Source of the DNA: Eledone cirrhosa
Taxonomy: Eukaryota
Length of the DNA stretch: 64,000 nt
Direction: 5' to 3'
Assembly (NCBI GenBank): GCA_964016885.1
Contig: OZ024741.1
Location: 37,014,001 to 37,078,000, forward strand
The notes under the pieces were generated by a model. The model ran no database searches and was not told the DNA's origin. It was given only the letters and a program-made list of their open reading frames with translations. Both the position numbers and the translations under genes were made by a program. Position 1 is the first letter of the stretch. The number at the start of each line of letters is the position of its first letter. Below, piece after piece: positions 38,290 to 51,668 of this stretch.

Positions 38290-38645
38290 CAGTGGCGAAG
38301 GGTAACCTGGAAAGCAGGGCATGCAGTCCAATCGCCATGCAGGAAAGTGGAGCTGTGCAGCCTTACCCCCCACCAAATTCCCTCTAAATGACCCTCCCAG
38401 TCAAAGCCACATGTAGTGTTATCTAGTGTGTGTGTGTGTTATCTTTTTATGTGTCTACGATTTAGTAAGCAGTCAAAATTTGGCTTGCCCCAAAGCTGTC
38501 GTGTGTGTGTGTGTTATCTTTTTTTGTGTCTATACGTTTTAGTTAGCAGCCAAAATTCTGCCTGCTTCAACCGACGCAATTGATCAACTTAAGATTCTAT
38601 AACGCATGCACTGCATGCATTGCATGCACGGACCCTTCGCCCCTG
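38290..38645. mobile_element. hAT-like MITE, 356 bp, inserted in (TA)n
   Basis: TIRs CAGTGGCGAAGGGT / ACCCTTCGCCCCTG (13/14); flanks ATATATAT / GTATATAT. Confidence 0.75.
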
Positions 38646-39049
38646 GTATATATATGTACATATGTAAGTATGCACATGTACCTCCACCACACACACTCTC
38701 TCTCTCTTTCTCTCACTCTCTCTCAGTCTCTCTCTATCTCTACCACCATATATCTTTAATTAGGCAAGACATCTCCATAGTGGACATATTTAACAGGCAT
38801 TGTTCTCTGGGAACATTGGCATTACCAATTTGTGCCAGAAGCCATCATGTCTGCTTGTTTCAGAACTACATCAAAGGAAATACCTTTTCTTCTTCTGTTT
38901 GTTCCTATTGATGTATATGGTGTGGCATTATTTAGATTTTTTTCGTTTCTCCTGTCTTTTTACCTTTTGTTTTTCCTTTTTTTGCTTTTCAAGATTTTCT
39001 CTTTAGGCTAAATACCGGTTGATGGTTGATATAAATCGAAACAGAATCA

Positions 39050-39302
39050 TACACATGCATGCACAAACATTCTTATATATATATTATGCATATATATAAA
39101 TATATATAGGTATGTATGTATACACATGTATGTCTATGTGTGTGTGTGTATATATATATATATGTGTGTATATAGGTATGTATGTATACATATATGTATG
39201 TCTCTATATATGTGTGTGTGTGTGTACATATGTATGTGTGTATGTATATACATATAAATACACTTAATAGAAGCCTTGTACATGCTTATACACATAATTG
39301 AT

Positions 39303-39396
<94 letters not shown>

Positions 39397-39569
39397 GAAA
39401 GATAGTTATATAGATATCATCATCATCACCATGACCATTCTCTTCCTCCTCCTCCTCCTCCTCTTCTTCCTTCTCCTGCTCATCCACATCCTCATTCTCC
39501 CATTGACCTCCTCATCCCATCATCATCATCATCATCATCATTATCATCATCATGACCACCACCACCATC

Positions 39570-39667
<98 letters not shown>

Positions 39668-39668
39668 T

Positions 39669-39735
<67 letters not shown>

Positions 39736-39920
39736 CTATCACCACCACCACCACCACCACCATCATCATCATCACCACCACCACCACCACCACCACCACC
39801 ACCACCACCACCACCACCACCACCACCACCACCACCACCACCATCATCATCACCACCACAATCACCACCACCACCACCATCATCATCATCACCATCACCA
39901 TCACAATCATCATCATCATA
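39050..39920. repeat. Compound (TA)/(CA)/(GA)/(CAT)/(CAC) microsatellites
   Basis: Direct reading. Confidence 0.92.
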
Positions 39921-40329
39921 TATTGTGTGTGTTTTTTTTTTACTGTTGTTCTCTAGAAATATCAGCTAAATCTCCCACAAATCACACACTATTATGTTTA
40001 AAGGAGAAGGACATATTGGATAAAGTTATCTTGAATACACTATATTCAAATATAAGGTGGGATGGTCATAGTTGGAACAACTTTGATCAGAGGTCTGTCC
40101 AGACACTTGTGCTGCATTACAATAACAATAACAGCAGCAACAAAACACTAGCCAACAATGGGAGCCTCTGCATTGTTTGAAATAACAGCCAAATTTCCCT
40201 CAAATCATACTGTGTCTTACACATTGAATAATGTAGTCTTAGATACATAATCCCTGGAAATGTCTTCTCAGATAATTATATCTGGGAATTGTTGATGTCT
40301 GATTGGTTCATTAATAGTTAGGACTTCTG

Positions 40330-40682
40330 GCGTCACGCAGTAATACAGGGTACCCGACCTCCCATGGGTACATGCTGAAGCATATAAACAATATGCCCCC
40401 ACTCCCCCCACCGCAAGGTGGTCGTGGAAGTGACACAGCAAAAAAGCACCCAGCCCACACTGTAAAGTGGACGTGTAGGCGCCACGAAAAAGCACCCAGC
40501 ACTCACTGTAAATGAGGTTGGTGTTAGGAAGGGCATCCAGCTGTAGAAATCAAGCCAGATCAGTTCCTGTATGAGCAAGGCATGGTCAGCCGACCAGACA
40601 CTGCCCACAACAGGACAACCCGTCTAACCCATGCTAGCGTGGAAGAACGGACGTAAAACGGTGATGATGATGATGATGATGA
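40330..40682 (+). mobile_element. RTE 3'-UTR-derived element with (GAT)n tail
   Basis: Near-identical to the reverse complement of 63452-63812; contains GTTGGTGTTAGGAAGGGCATCCAGC and AACCCATGCTAGC...GGACGTAAAACG. Confidence 0.85.
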
Positions 40683-40764
40683 AGCAGGGAAAACGGACCT
40701 AAAAGGATGATGATGATGATGAAGTTAAAGTAATGGAGGCACACAGGGAATTTGTGTATATCTT

Positions 40765-40985
40765 CATCATTGCTGTTGTTGTTGCCATTATCATTGTCAT
40801 CATCACCACCATCATCGTCACCATCATCACCATCATTATCATCACTGTCATCACCATCATTATCATCACCATCATCATCACCATTGTCACTATCATCATC
40901 ATCCCCATCATTGTCACCATCATCACCCTCATCGTCACCACCATCATTGTCATCACCGTCACCACCATCATTGTCATCATCATCT
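40765..40985. repeat. (CAT/CAC)n tract
   Basis: Direct reading. Confidence 0.9.
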
Positions 40986-41324
40986 CATCAGAGACTAGAT
41001 TGGTCATGGAACCTCCATTTTGCCCATATATTCCATATTTGGCATGGTTTGTATGGCTGGAAGTCATTTCTATTACCAACCACCTTAATGAATGTACTGA
41101 GTACATTTTATCTTGGCAGCGATACTACCACTTAACAATTACTACTGGATACATACAAGAGAATAATGACCTTGAGATTTGCTCTATGAGGTACATGTCT
41201 GAGTAAGGTTGTTTGTAGAAGACTAGCAGTTGCTCATGCATACCAGTCTCCTCTTTTTACACCATCAATATTGTCCCAGGGAAAGGCAATGGCTGAGACA
41301 GTTTGGTACCAGTAGCACCACAAC

Positions 41325-41568
41325 TCATTTCTACAGCTGAGTAAACTGGAGCAACATGAAATAAAGTCTCTTGCTCAAGGACACAACACATCACCTGTTT
41401 CGAGAATCCAATTCACAACCTTCTGATTGCAAGCCCAATGCTCTAACCACTAAGCCATGAAATAAAGTCTCTTGCTCAAGGACACAACACATTACCTGGT
41501 AGGAGAATCAAACTCCCAACCTCTTGATTGCAGGCTCAATGCTCTAACCACTAAGCCATACACCTTCA
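41325..41568 (-). mobile_element. SINE family B fragments with a tandemly duplicated tRNA-like head
   Basis: AAATAAAGTCTCTTGCTCAAGGACACAACACA...CTCTAACCACTAAGCCA occurs twice, about 101 bp apart. Confidence 0.75.
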
Positions 41569-42277
41569 CAAGGAGTAAGAACATACATAAATATATGTTT
41601 ATAATGTACCCTATATTGTCTCAATTCAATCACCAGCCACTTTATAGTGGCGCCACCACTAGAGAGTTTCTCAGGTATTTGAGATGTACAGAGGGTCATC
41701 TCTACTCTGTTGTCTCGGTCTTAAAGAGGGGTGGAGTAACCAAGTACATTCCATTGTATCACCAGAGGTTATATCATCCATGGCAAGCAAAAAGGACTTC
41801 TCATTACATTTATTATTTGCATTGTAGTACTATTTATACTGGCAGGTTTGTCTTTTGTATTATGTCAGTCATTTGGCACTGTATGTTTAATATGATATCA
41901 TTATCATCACCGTTTTACATCAATTTTTCCATGCTAACATGGATTAGACGAGTTGTCCTGCTGTGGGCAATGCTAGGTCAGGTGACCATGTCTTACTTAT
42001 ACAGAACTGATTTAGGCTCGTTTCTACAGCTGGATGTTCTCCCTAACACCAATATAATATTTTTAATATTAATATTGATATAAATTTTGGCAAATTTTGA
42101 CAATATGCTGGTATAGGTTAAAAGGTGTGTGGACTGATGTATTCTCAATGAAGTCCATAGAAATAGAATTTTGGACTCAGATGGTAAAACGAAAAGCTAC
42201 ACAGACTGAACAGAAAACTAACAAGGTTATACAGAGAATTTATTTTTATGCCTGAAAAAAGATACACAACCCTCCTC

Positions 42278-42516
42278 AATAATAATAATAATAATAATAA
42301 TAATGGTTTCTTATATAGGCATAAGGCCAGTAATTTTTGGGGAGGGGAAAGTCGATTAAATCGACCCCAGTGCGTGACTGGTACTTCATTTTATCGACCC
42401 TGTTAGGATGAAAGGCAAAGTTAACTTCGGCGGGATTTGAACTCAGAACGTAAAGGGTCATACATTTATGCTGCAAAGCATGGCGTCTGACGCTGTCAAT
42501 ATACTGCCAAACCACC
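42278..42516 (-). mobile_element. SINE family A, full length with (TTA)n tail
   Basis: Reverse complement of family A: head, core and tail are all visible. Confidence 0.85.
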
Positions 42517-42546
42517 CTTAATAATAATGATATTATTATTATTATT

Positions 42547-42874
42547 ATTTATAGATGTAGGATGTTCACGCACAGAAAATAACTGCAAGTACTGTTAGTT
42601 GCAATAAAAATAGATTATAAAATAGAGACAGAAAAAGAGGCTTGAGTATCCTAAATCCTCTCTTTTAGACATACGATGTCAGAGGTCTCTTAACTCAATG
42701 GTGAGAGCACTCAGATGGTATCTGCGAGAAACGAGGTTCGATCCCTCGTAGCAACCACTATAAACTTCTTTTTTCTGTCTCTAAGGGTTTTTACATTATT
42801 TTATAAGATATTTTAATAGCCACTGACTATACTTGCAGTCATTTTCTACGCTTGAGCATCCTACATCTATAAAT
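42547..42874. mobile_element. Foldback/MITE-like element with ~90-bp inverted arms enclosing a tRNA-like sequence
   Basis: Outer 45 bp of the arms match at 40/45 (ATTTATAGATGTAGGATG...CTGCAAGTA); similarity continues to AGAGACAGAAAAA / TTTTTCTGTCTCT. Confidence 0.8.
42684..42757 (+). pseudogene. tRNA-like sequence (anticodon position GGT, Thr), probably non-functional
   Basis: Cloverleaf by eye: acceptor 5/7 pairs, D-arm CTC/GAG with TGG, anticodon stem 4/5, T-arm CGAGG-TTCGATC-CCTCG; ends in ACCA. Confidence 0.6.
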
Positions 42875-42944
42875 GTATTCCCTCAGTGTTTCGTACGTTT
42901 GAAAGTCCAAGCTTTGCACATGATGTTTGTTTTCATTATTATTA

Positions 42945-43137
42945 CTATTAAATAATAAATAAATAAATAATAAATAATAAATAAATAAATAATAAATAGA
43001 TAAATAATAAATAAATAAATAATAAATAAATAAATAATAAATAAATAAATAATAAATAAAGAAAGAAATAATAAATAAAGAAATAAAGAAATAATAAATA
43101 GATAAATAAATAATAAATAATATATAAATAATAAAGA
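42945..43137. repeat. (TAAA)n-like microsatellite
   Basis: Direct reading. Confidence 0.9.
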
Positions 43138-43364
43138 AACCATTATTATTATTATTATCATTGTCATTATTATCATATTTTCCTTTGATTTCACTTTATG
43201 TACAATGACTACCCAGTATCAACCAGATACTTAGGTCAGGCATCGTTGGTTTTCACACATTTTTGATAGTTTTTTTTATTTCTTCTATTTTGTTCTGTCC
43301 TCACACTTAAGTTACATCACAAAATGTTCATAGGGAAATAAGTTAAAAAAATTATTATTATAAT

Positions 43365-43513
43365 CTTGCCGAGATTAGTTTTGCCTTTCATCCTAACGTG
43401 GTCGGGTCGATAAATAAAGTACCAGTAATGCGCAGAGGCCGATTTAATCAACGTTCTCCTCCCTCTAAATTGCTGGCCTTGTGCCTATAGTAGAAATTAT
43501 TATTATTTTATTA

Positions 43514-43553
<40 letters not shown>

Positions 43554-43962
43554 CGAGTGTGGTGGATTGGCAGAATTGGTAGAGCGTCGGACAACATGCT
43601 TTGTGGCATAGAGTTATGCCCCTTTACGTTCTGGGTTCAAATCCCACCGAGGTTAGCTTTGCCTTTCATCCTTCTATAAAATAAAGTACCAGTCACGCAC
43701 TGGGGTCGATTTAATCAACTTTTCCCTTCCCCAAAATTGCTGGCCTTGTGCCTATAAAAGAAACCATGGTGGATTGGCAGTATCGGTAGAGGGTCGGACG
43801 CCATGCTTTGCAGCAAAGAGTTACGGCCCTTTATGGTCTGAGTTCAAATCCCGCCGAGGTTAACTTTGCCTTTCATCCTTACGGGGTCGATAAAAATAAA
43901 GTACCAGTAATGCACTGGGTAATTGCTGGCCTTGTGCCAAAAGTAGAAACAACTATTATTAT
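43365..43962 (+). mobile_element. Three head-to-tail SINE family A copies (43365-43553 truncated, 43558-43767, 43768-43962)
   Basis: Core GCCTTTCATCC...AAAGTACCAG occurs three times and the GGTGGATTGGCAG head twice. The third copy shares the internal deletion seen at 22975. Confidence 0.88.
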
Positions 43963-44106
43963 TTCCAAATTGTTATAAATATATATATTTGTTGGTAATT
44001 CAACAAATATATATATTTATAACTGATTCGAAGCACTCAGCAGATTTTCTGGAGTATAATATCAATGATATTAATAAATGGAAACTATATTTATAAAACC
44101 ATATTT

Positions 44107-44165
44107 ATTCTATTATATATATTTCAAGGGTACAAAAACTTTGGTTTGCTCTCATCAGATAAAAT
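44107..44165 (-). ncRNA. Minimal type I hammerhead ribozyme-like motif
   Basis: Minus strand: ATTTTAT-CTGATGA-GAG...CTT-GAAA-TATATA-TA-ATAGAAT; 7-bp helix I and palindromic helix III. Confidence 0.7.
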
Positions 44166-44364
44166 ACAAAGTTTGTTTTATAAATATTGACATATCCAGG
44201 AAGGAGATCTTAACAGTTCAAGTTTTTCCTGACTATCCAGCTGAGTAAACTGGAGCAATGTGAAATAAAGTGACTTGTTTCCTTGAGCAAGACACTTTAT
44301 TTCACATTGTTCCAGTTCACTTAGCTGTAGAAATGAGATGATAGGGACTGGGGTCCTTATCATT

Positions 44365-44592
44365 CCACTGCAAAGTGGTCGTGGAGGTACCACGGCAAAA
44401 AAGCACCCAGCCCACACTGCAAAGTGGACGTGTAGGCGCCACGGAAAAAAAGCACCCAGCACTCACTGTAAATGAGGTTGGTGTTAGGAAGGGCACCCAG
44501 CTGTAGAAATCAAGCCAGAATCAGTTCCTGTCCCACCCTTGCAAGCAGGGAAAAGCGGACGTAAAATGATGATGATGATGATGATGATGATA
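44365..44592 (+). mobile_element. RTE 3'-UTR-derived element fragment
   Basis: Homologous to 40410-40680; (GAT)n tail. Confidence 0.8.
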
Positions 44593-44663
44593 GGACATGG
44601 GAAAATGAGGAAGAATCTATAGAAGGAACATATAGAAGTGCGACAGTGATGGTGGCGACATTT

Positions 44664-44958
<295 letters not shown>

Positions 44959-45310
44959 TATAGAATGCTCAGACACTTACCTAAAAATCCAATAATTTAA
45001 CAATCAACTTGATTGAAGATTTAAAAAAAAACTGGAATATTCTAGTTGACTGAAGAATTGAAAAACTAGAATATTCATCGTTTCACCCGACGGAGATCCA
45101 TTCAGTATTTTTTATAGCTGTGTTTAAATGTGTATAAATGAGACAATGTGTGCTTGCATGTATGTGTGTGTGACTTTCATATGTGTGTGTACATGTATGC
45201 CTGTATATGTCTGTGAGTGTGTCTGTGTGTGTCTGTCTGTATGTAACAGAAAATATTTCTATTACGTGATAAAAAATAACAAGGATTATGAATAATAATA
45301 AAAAAAAAAC

Positions 45311-45630
45311 CCACCTCCACCACCACCACGTCCACCACCACCATCACCACCACCACCATCACCACCAGCGCCACCGCCGCTACCACCACCACCACCACCA
45401 CCACCACCACCACCACCACCACCACCACAACCACCACCATCACCACCACCACCACAACCATCACCACAACCACCACCACCACCACCACCACAACCACCAC
45501 CATCACCACCACCACCACAACCACCACCATCACCACCACCACCACAACCATCACCAGCACTACCATCACCACCACCACCACCACCACCACCACCATCACC
45601 ACCACCACCACCACCACCACCACCACCACC

Positions 45631-45661
<31 letters not shown>

Positions 45662-46323
45662 CCACCATCACCACCACCACCACAACCATCACCACAACCA
45701 CCACCACCACCACCACCACCACCACCACCACCACCACCAGCACTACCATCACCACCACCACCACCACCACCACCACCACCACAACCATCACCACCACCAC
45801 CACAACCATCACCACAACCACCACAACCATCACCACAACCACCACCACCAGCACTACCACCACCACCACCACCACCAGCACTACCACCACCACCACCACC
45901 ACCACCACCACAACCACCACCACCACCACCACCACCACCACCACCACAACCATCACCACCACCACCACAACCATCACCACAACCACCACCACCACCACCA
46001 CCACTACCACAACCATCACCACCACCACAACCATCACCACCACCACCACCACCACCACCACCACCACCACCACCACCACCACCACCACCATAACCACCAC
46101 CACCACCACCACCACCACCACCACCACCACCACCACCACCATAACCACCACCACCACCACCACAACCACCACCACCACCACCACCACCACCACCACAACC
46201 ATCACCACCACCACCACAACCATCACCACAACCACCACCACCACCACCACCACCACCACCACCACCACCACCACAACCATCACCACCACCACCACAACCA
46301 TCACCACAACCACCACAACCACC
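45311..46323. repeat. (CAC)n microsatellite, ~1 kb
   Basis: Direct reading. Confidence 0.95.
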
Positions 46324-46484
46324 TACCCTAACCCTACAAAAAAAGAAGAACCACAAAAATATACATAATTTAGAAAAAAAAAAAGTCTTTTCATGTGGCA
46401 CAGAGGTTAACCATGTTTTATGGTTTATTTGCTATAGATTTTGACTTTCATCTAGGAAATAATCAAATACACCATTTAGATCAC

Positions 46485-47850
<1,366 letters not shown>

Positions 47851-48055
47851 CCACTCACAAGATTCAGTTCCACTTTATACTTTTACTAGAAATTTTTAAT
47901 GAACTGGAACTCAGTGTATTGTGTTATGCTAATAATATAGGCTGGGTTTACCAGACTGAAGATAATGTCACCAACCATACACCTTTTTTTTTCCCAAGGT
48001 CATCTCTGAGGATTTATGCTTAACTTGTTCCCTACATTATGTTTGTATGTGTGTG

Positions 48056-48086
<31 letters not shown>

Positions 48087-48119
48087 GTATATATATGTGT
48101 GTGTTTGTGTGTGTATATA

Positions 48120-48846
48120 TCATCATCATCATTGTTTAACGTCCATCTTCCACACTTGCATGGGTTTGGATGGGAATTTTCCCACTTGAGGCAAGATTGG
48201 TTGTCTTGTTCGCATAGGACTGTCTGGCAGGTTTTCTACGGCTGGATGCCCTTCCTAACACCAACCACGTTTACAGTGTGGACTGGGGAGGTTTTTACCG
48301 TGTTACCTACACGGCCACATTACAGCGTGGACTCTGTGTTTTTTTGTCGTGACACCTACACAACCTAATTTGTTTCAGCCTGGATGTTGTGGTACCAACA
48401 TAACTTTACATTGAAAGGGGTGGTGTAGATGGGGGTGGGGGTAGGAGTAGTGGGATGGGGGTGTATTTTTGGTTAGAAGGTACCTACTGACTGTAGGTTT
48501 CACTTTGTACTTAGGCAAGGCGCGTCTTCTGTATTACTGAGTAGCGCCAAAGATCTCGGTCCAGTGACATTGTCTTGGAGAGGTGTAGGTGTGTGAGGTC
48601 GGAATATACATTTATATATATGCATATATGTGCATGTATATATATATACATCATCATCATCGTTTAACGTCCATCTTCCACGCTAGCATGGGTTAGATGG
48701 AAGTTGTCCCACTTGAGGCAAGGTTGGTCGGGTGACCATATCTCGCTCATATAGGACTATCTGGCAGGTTTTCTATGGCTGGATGCCCTTCCTAACACCA
48801 ACCACATTTACCGTGTGGAACTGGGAACCTTTTACCGTGTTACCTA
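48120..48846 (-). mobile_element. Dimeric RTE-derived element: tail module + microsatellite linker + RTE ORF end + full 3' UTR
   Basis: 48120-48603 matches the RTE end at about 60600-61160; 48489-48846 matches 61340-61698 in reverse, including the linker. Confidence 0.8.
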
Positions 48847-49475
48847 TATTTATATATATATATGTATATGTGTATATATTTGTATATATGTATATGTGTA
48901 TATATATATGTGTGTGTATATATATATGTGCATGTGTATATATGTATATATATATATGTATATATCTATGTATATGTCTATGTATATATATATATATATA
49001 TATGTACTCACAGTAAATGAAGTTGGCGTTAGGAAGGGCATCCAGGTATAGAAACAAAGCCAAAATCGATTCTATATGAGCATGACATGGTCACCTGACC
49101 TGACATTACTCACAACAGGATAACTCATGTAACCCATGCCAGCATGGAAAAGAAAGGTGATGATGATGATGATGATATATATATGTGTATATATATATAT
49201 ATATAAATATATATATATATATCATCATCATCATCATCATCATATATATATATATATATACATATATGTGTATGTATATATATATATATATATACATATA
49301 TGTGTATGTATATATATATATACATATATATTTCTGTGTATATATATATGCACATATATATATATATATATATATAGGGCGGCCGACAGAGGTAGAAGCT
49401 GCTAAATAGTCGGTCGCTCTCTTGTCTCTGATTTTCAGCCCCATGGATTTATCTGACACCTTTGTTATATTTTGA

Positions 49476-49533
49476 GTACCTGATGATGTCACCGGATTCA
49501 CACTGAACCCGGTCATTGAAATGATCATAGTAT
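49476..49533 (+). ncRNA. Type I hammerhead ribozyme-like motif
   Basis: GTAC-CTGATGA-TGTC-ACCGG-ATTCA-CAC-TGAAC-CCGGT-CATT-GAAA-TGATCA-TA-GTAT; long helix II and palindromic ATGATCAT. Helix I may extend via TTTGTTA/TAATAAA. Confidence 0.75.
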
Positions 49534-50369
49534 AATAAACCTTTCAAGGATTTACACCAGTCCAGCCTCCTGTTATTTATAATAATTAACTCCGTTGTCG
49601 CACCACTAACTACACAAACGAAGACGGGTGAGTTGCATTACGTTGAGTGCTCTCCATAGTATTACATCGAGGTTGACCATACGGAATGACCAGTTCTATC
49701 CAGTGGTGAACCAACAAACCTAAATAAATAAATATATATATATCACAAAAAGAAAGAGAATCAGTGTTGTCATGAATAGAATTTATTGGACATATTACAA
49801 TCGTTTCTCTGGCGACCAGCTCGAGGCACAATCGATGTGATGATCGAACCTGACTCTGAAAATCGCATGGTCCTCAGATATGTCTTGATTCTACGAAGCA
49901 GATTTTCCAAAATGGCGATGTATATATATGCATATATACATATATGTGTATGACACCATCCACCACCAGCACCACCGTCACTGGCACCATCCTCCACCAC
50001 CACCGTCACCATCACTGACACCATCCACCAGCACCACCATCACCATCACTGATACCATCCACCACCACCACCACCACCATCACCAGCGTAAAGCAAACAA
50101 TTATTATTATTATTATATAAAAACTGAACTGGATGGAAAAGTCAACAGTTGACATGATTTTGATTTTGTATCAGTACTGACGGTAATATGTATATATATA
50201 TGTATGTGTGTGTGAGTGGTGTGTGTGTTTGTATGCATGAGTGTTGGTGTGTGAGTGTGTGTGTGTGTGTGCGTGTTGTGTCAATAAGTGGGTTTTAAAA
50301 ATGTTTTTTTTTATGACCATGCTGTAAAATGGAGGGGTAGAGAGGGCTCTTGAGTCTAGTAAGACATCC

Positions 50370-51668
50370 TCTCTAGTGCCCCTGGCACAAATAAAAGCAC
50401 CCAGTCCATGCTGTAAAGTGGTACTGGTGTTAGGAAGGGCATCCAACCAGTGTATCAATGCCAAAACTCTTATCAACAAAGCAACAAATAGAAAGGAACA
50501 ACAACAAAATATGAAGACGTCACATCTCAGAGTTGCAACACTTAATGTTGGCACTCTCAGAGGTAGATCTGCTGAAATAGCGGAGATGCTGGAGAGAAGG
50601 CATGTGGATGTGTGTTGCGTGCAAGAGGTGAGATGGAGAGGTGCCTCTGCGAGACTAGTTGTAGGCAAACATCTTAGCTATAAGTTTTTCTGGGTAGGTA
50701 AGAATGATGGGTTAGGGGAGTAGGCATTTTCCTGGCTGAGAGATGGATCAATAAGACAATAGAGGTAGTTCGAGTTAGTAATCGAATAATTAAGCTTAGA
50801 TTAGTTGTAGGCAGGAGCCTACTGACAATCATCTCTGCCTATGCTCCCCAAGCAGGCCTAGGCAAAGAAGAAAAAGAGTGCTTTTACGAGCAACTTTTAC
50901 AAACAACCGCAATGACAGAGGATGGAGACATCGTTATGCTAGCAGGGAACTTCAATGGTTATGTTGGACAGCTCCAGGATGGTTACACTGGGGTACATGG
51001 TGGGCACGGTTACGGCTCAAGAAATGAAGGAGTGAGACTTCTTGAATTTTGTGATGCAAGTACACTGACTATTTGCAACACTAACTTCCAGAAACCTGCC
51101 AACCACCTAATAACCTACAAATTTGGCGAGCACATAAGTCAGATTGACTTCTTACTAGTTAGGCAGCAGGACAGACAGATAGTATCTAATACCAAGGCAT
51201 ACTCTGGGGAAGAATGTACCCCCACAGCATAGGTTAGTCGTTAGTGATATCTCAGTAAGCAAGAGATGGAATGAGACATACAGGAAGGTGTGGAGAAGAA
51301 AGGTCTGGAAGCTAAAAGACCTTTCACTAAAATTAAAATTTAGGAAAGCCATTCAAGATGTGTATGACGATAAAGAAGACGATTTAGAGACGTATGACAT
51401 AGATAATAACTGGAATTTCTTACGTGACAACTTACTGCAGGCTACTGATGAAACTTGTGGCTGGAGCAGAGCTCCAACCAGACAGAGAGTGACCTGGTGG
51501 TGGAACAGCACAGTAGATAAGGCCATTAGAGACAAAAGACTAGCATGAAAGGCTTGGAAAAAGGGTGGGAGTAGAGAAGGATATACAGCCGCTAAGAGAG
51601 AAGCTAAACGTCAGGTGTACTTAGCACACAGGGAGGCTGAGAGTAGGAGGTTTGCCAATGTTCTGCGA
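50370..51668 (+). mobile_element. RTE LINE 5' part: 5' UTR, APE endonuclease and linker; pseudogenised
   Basis: LRVATLNVGTL, DVCCVQEVRW, SAYAPQ, GNFNG, NTNFQKP, SQIDF, TWWWN; frameshifts and stops. Breaks at FANVLR. Confidence 0.92.

Noticed and set aside
49830-49895. C/D-box snoRNA (GTGATGA...CTGA)
   Set aside because: The boxes are too close together, there is no terminal stem, and no guide sequence was recognised.
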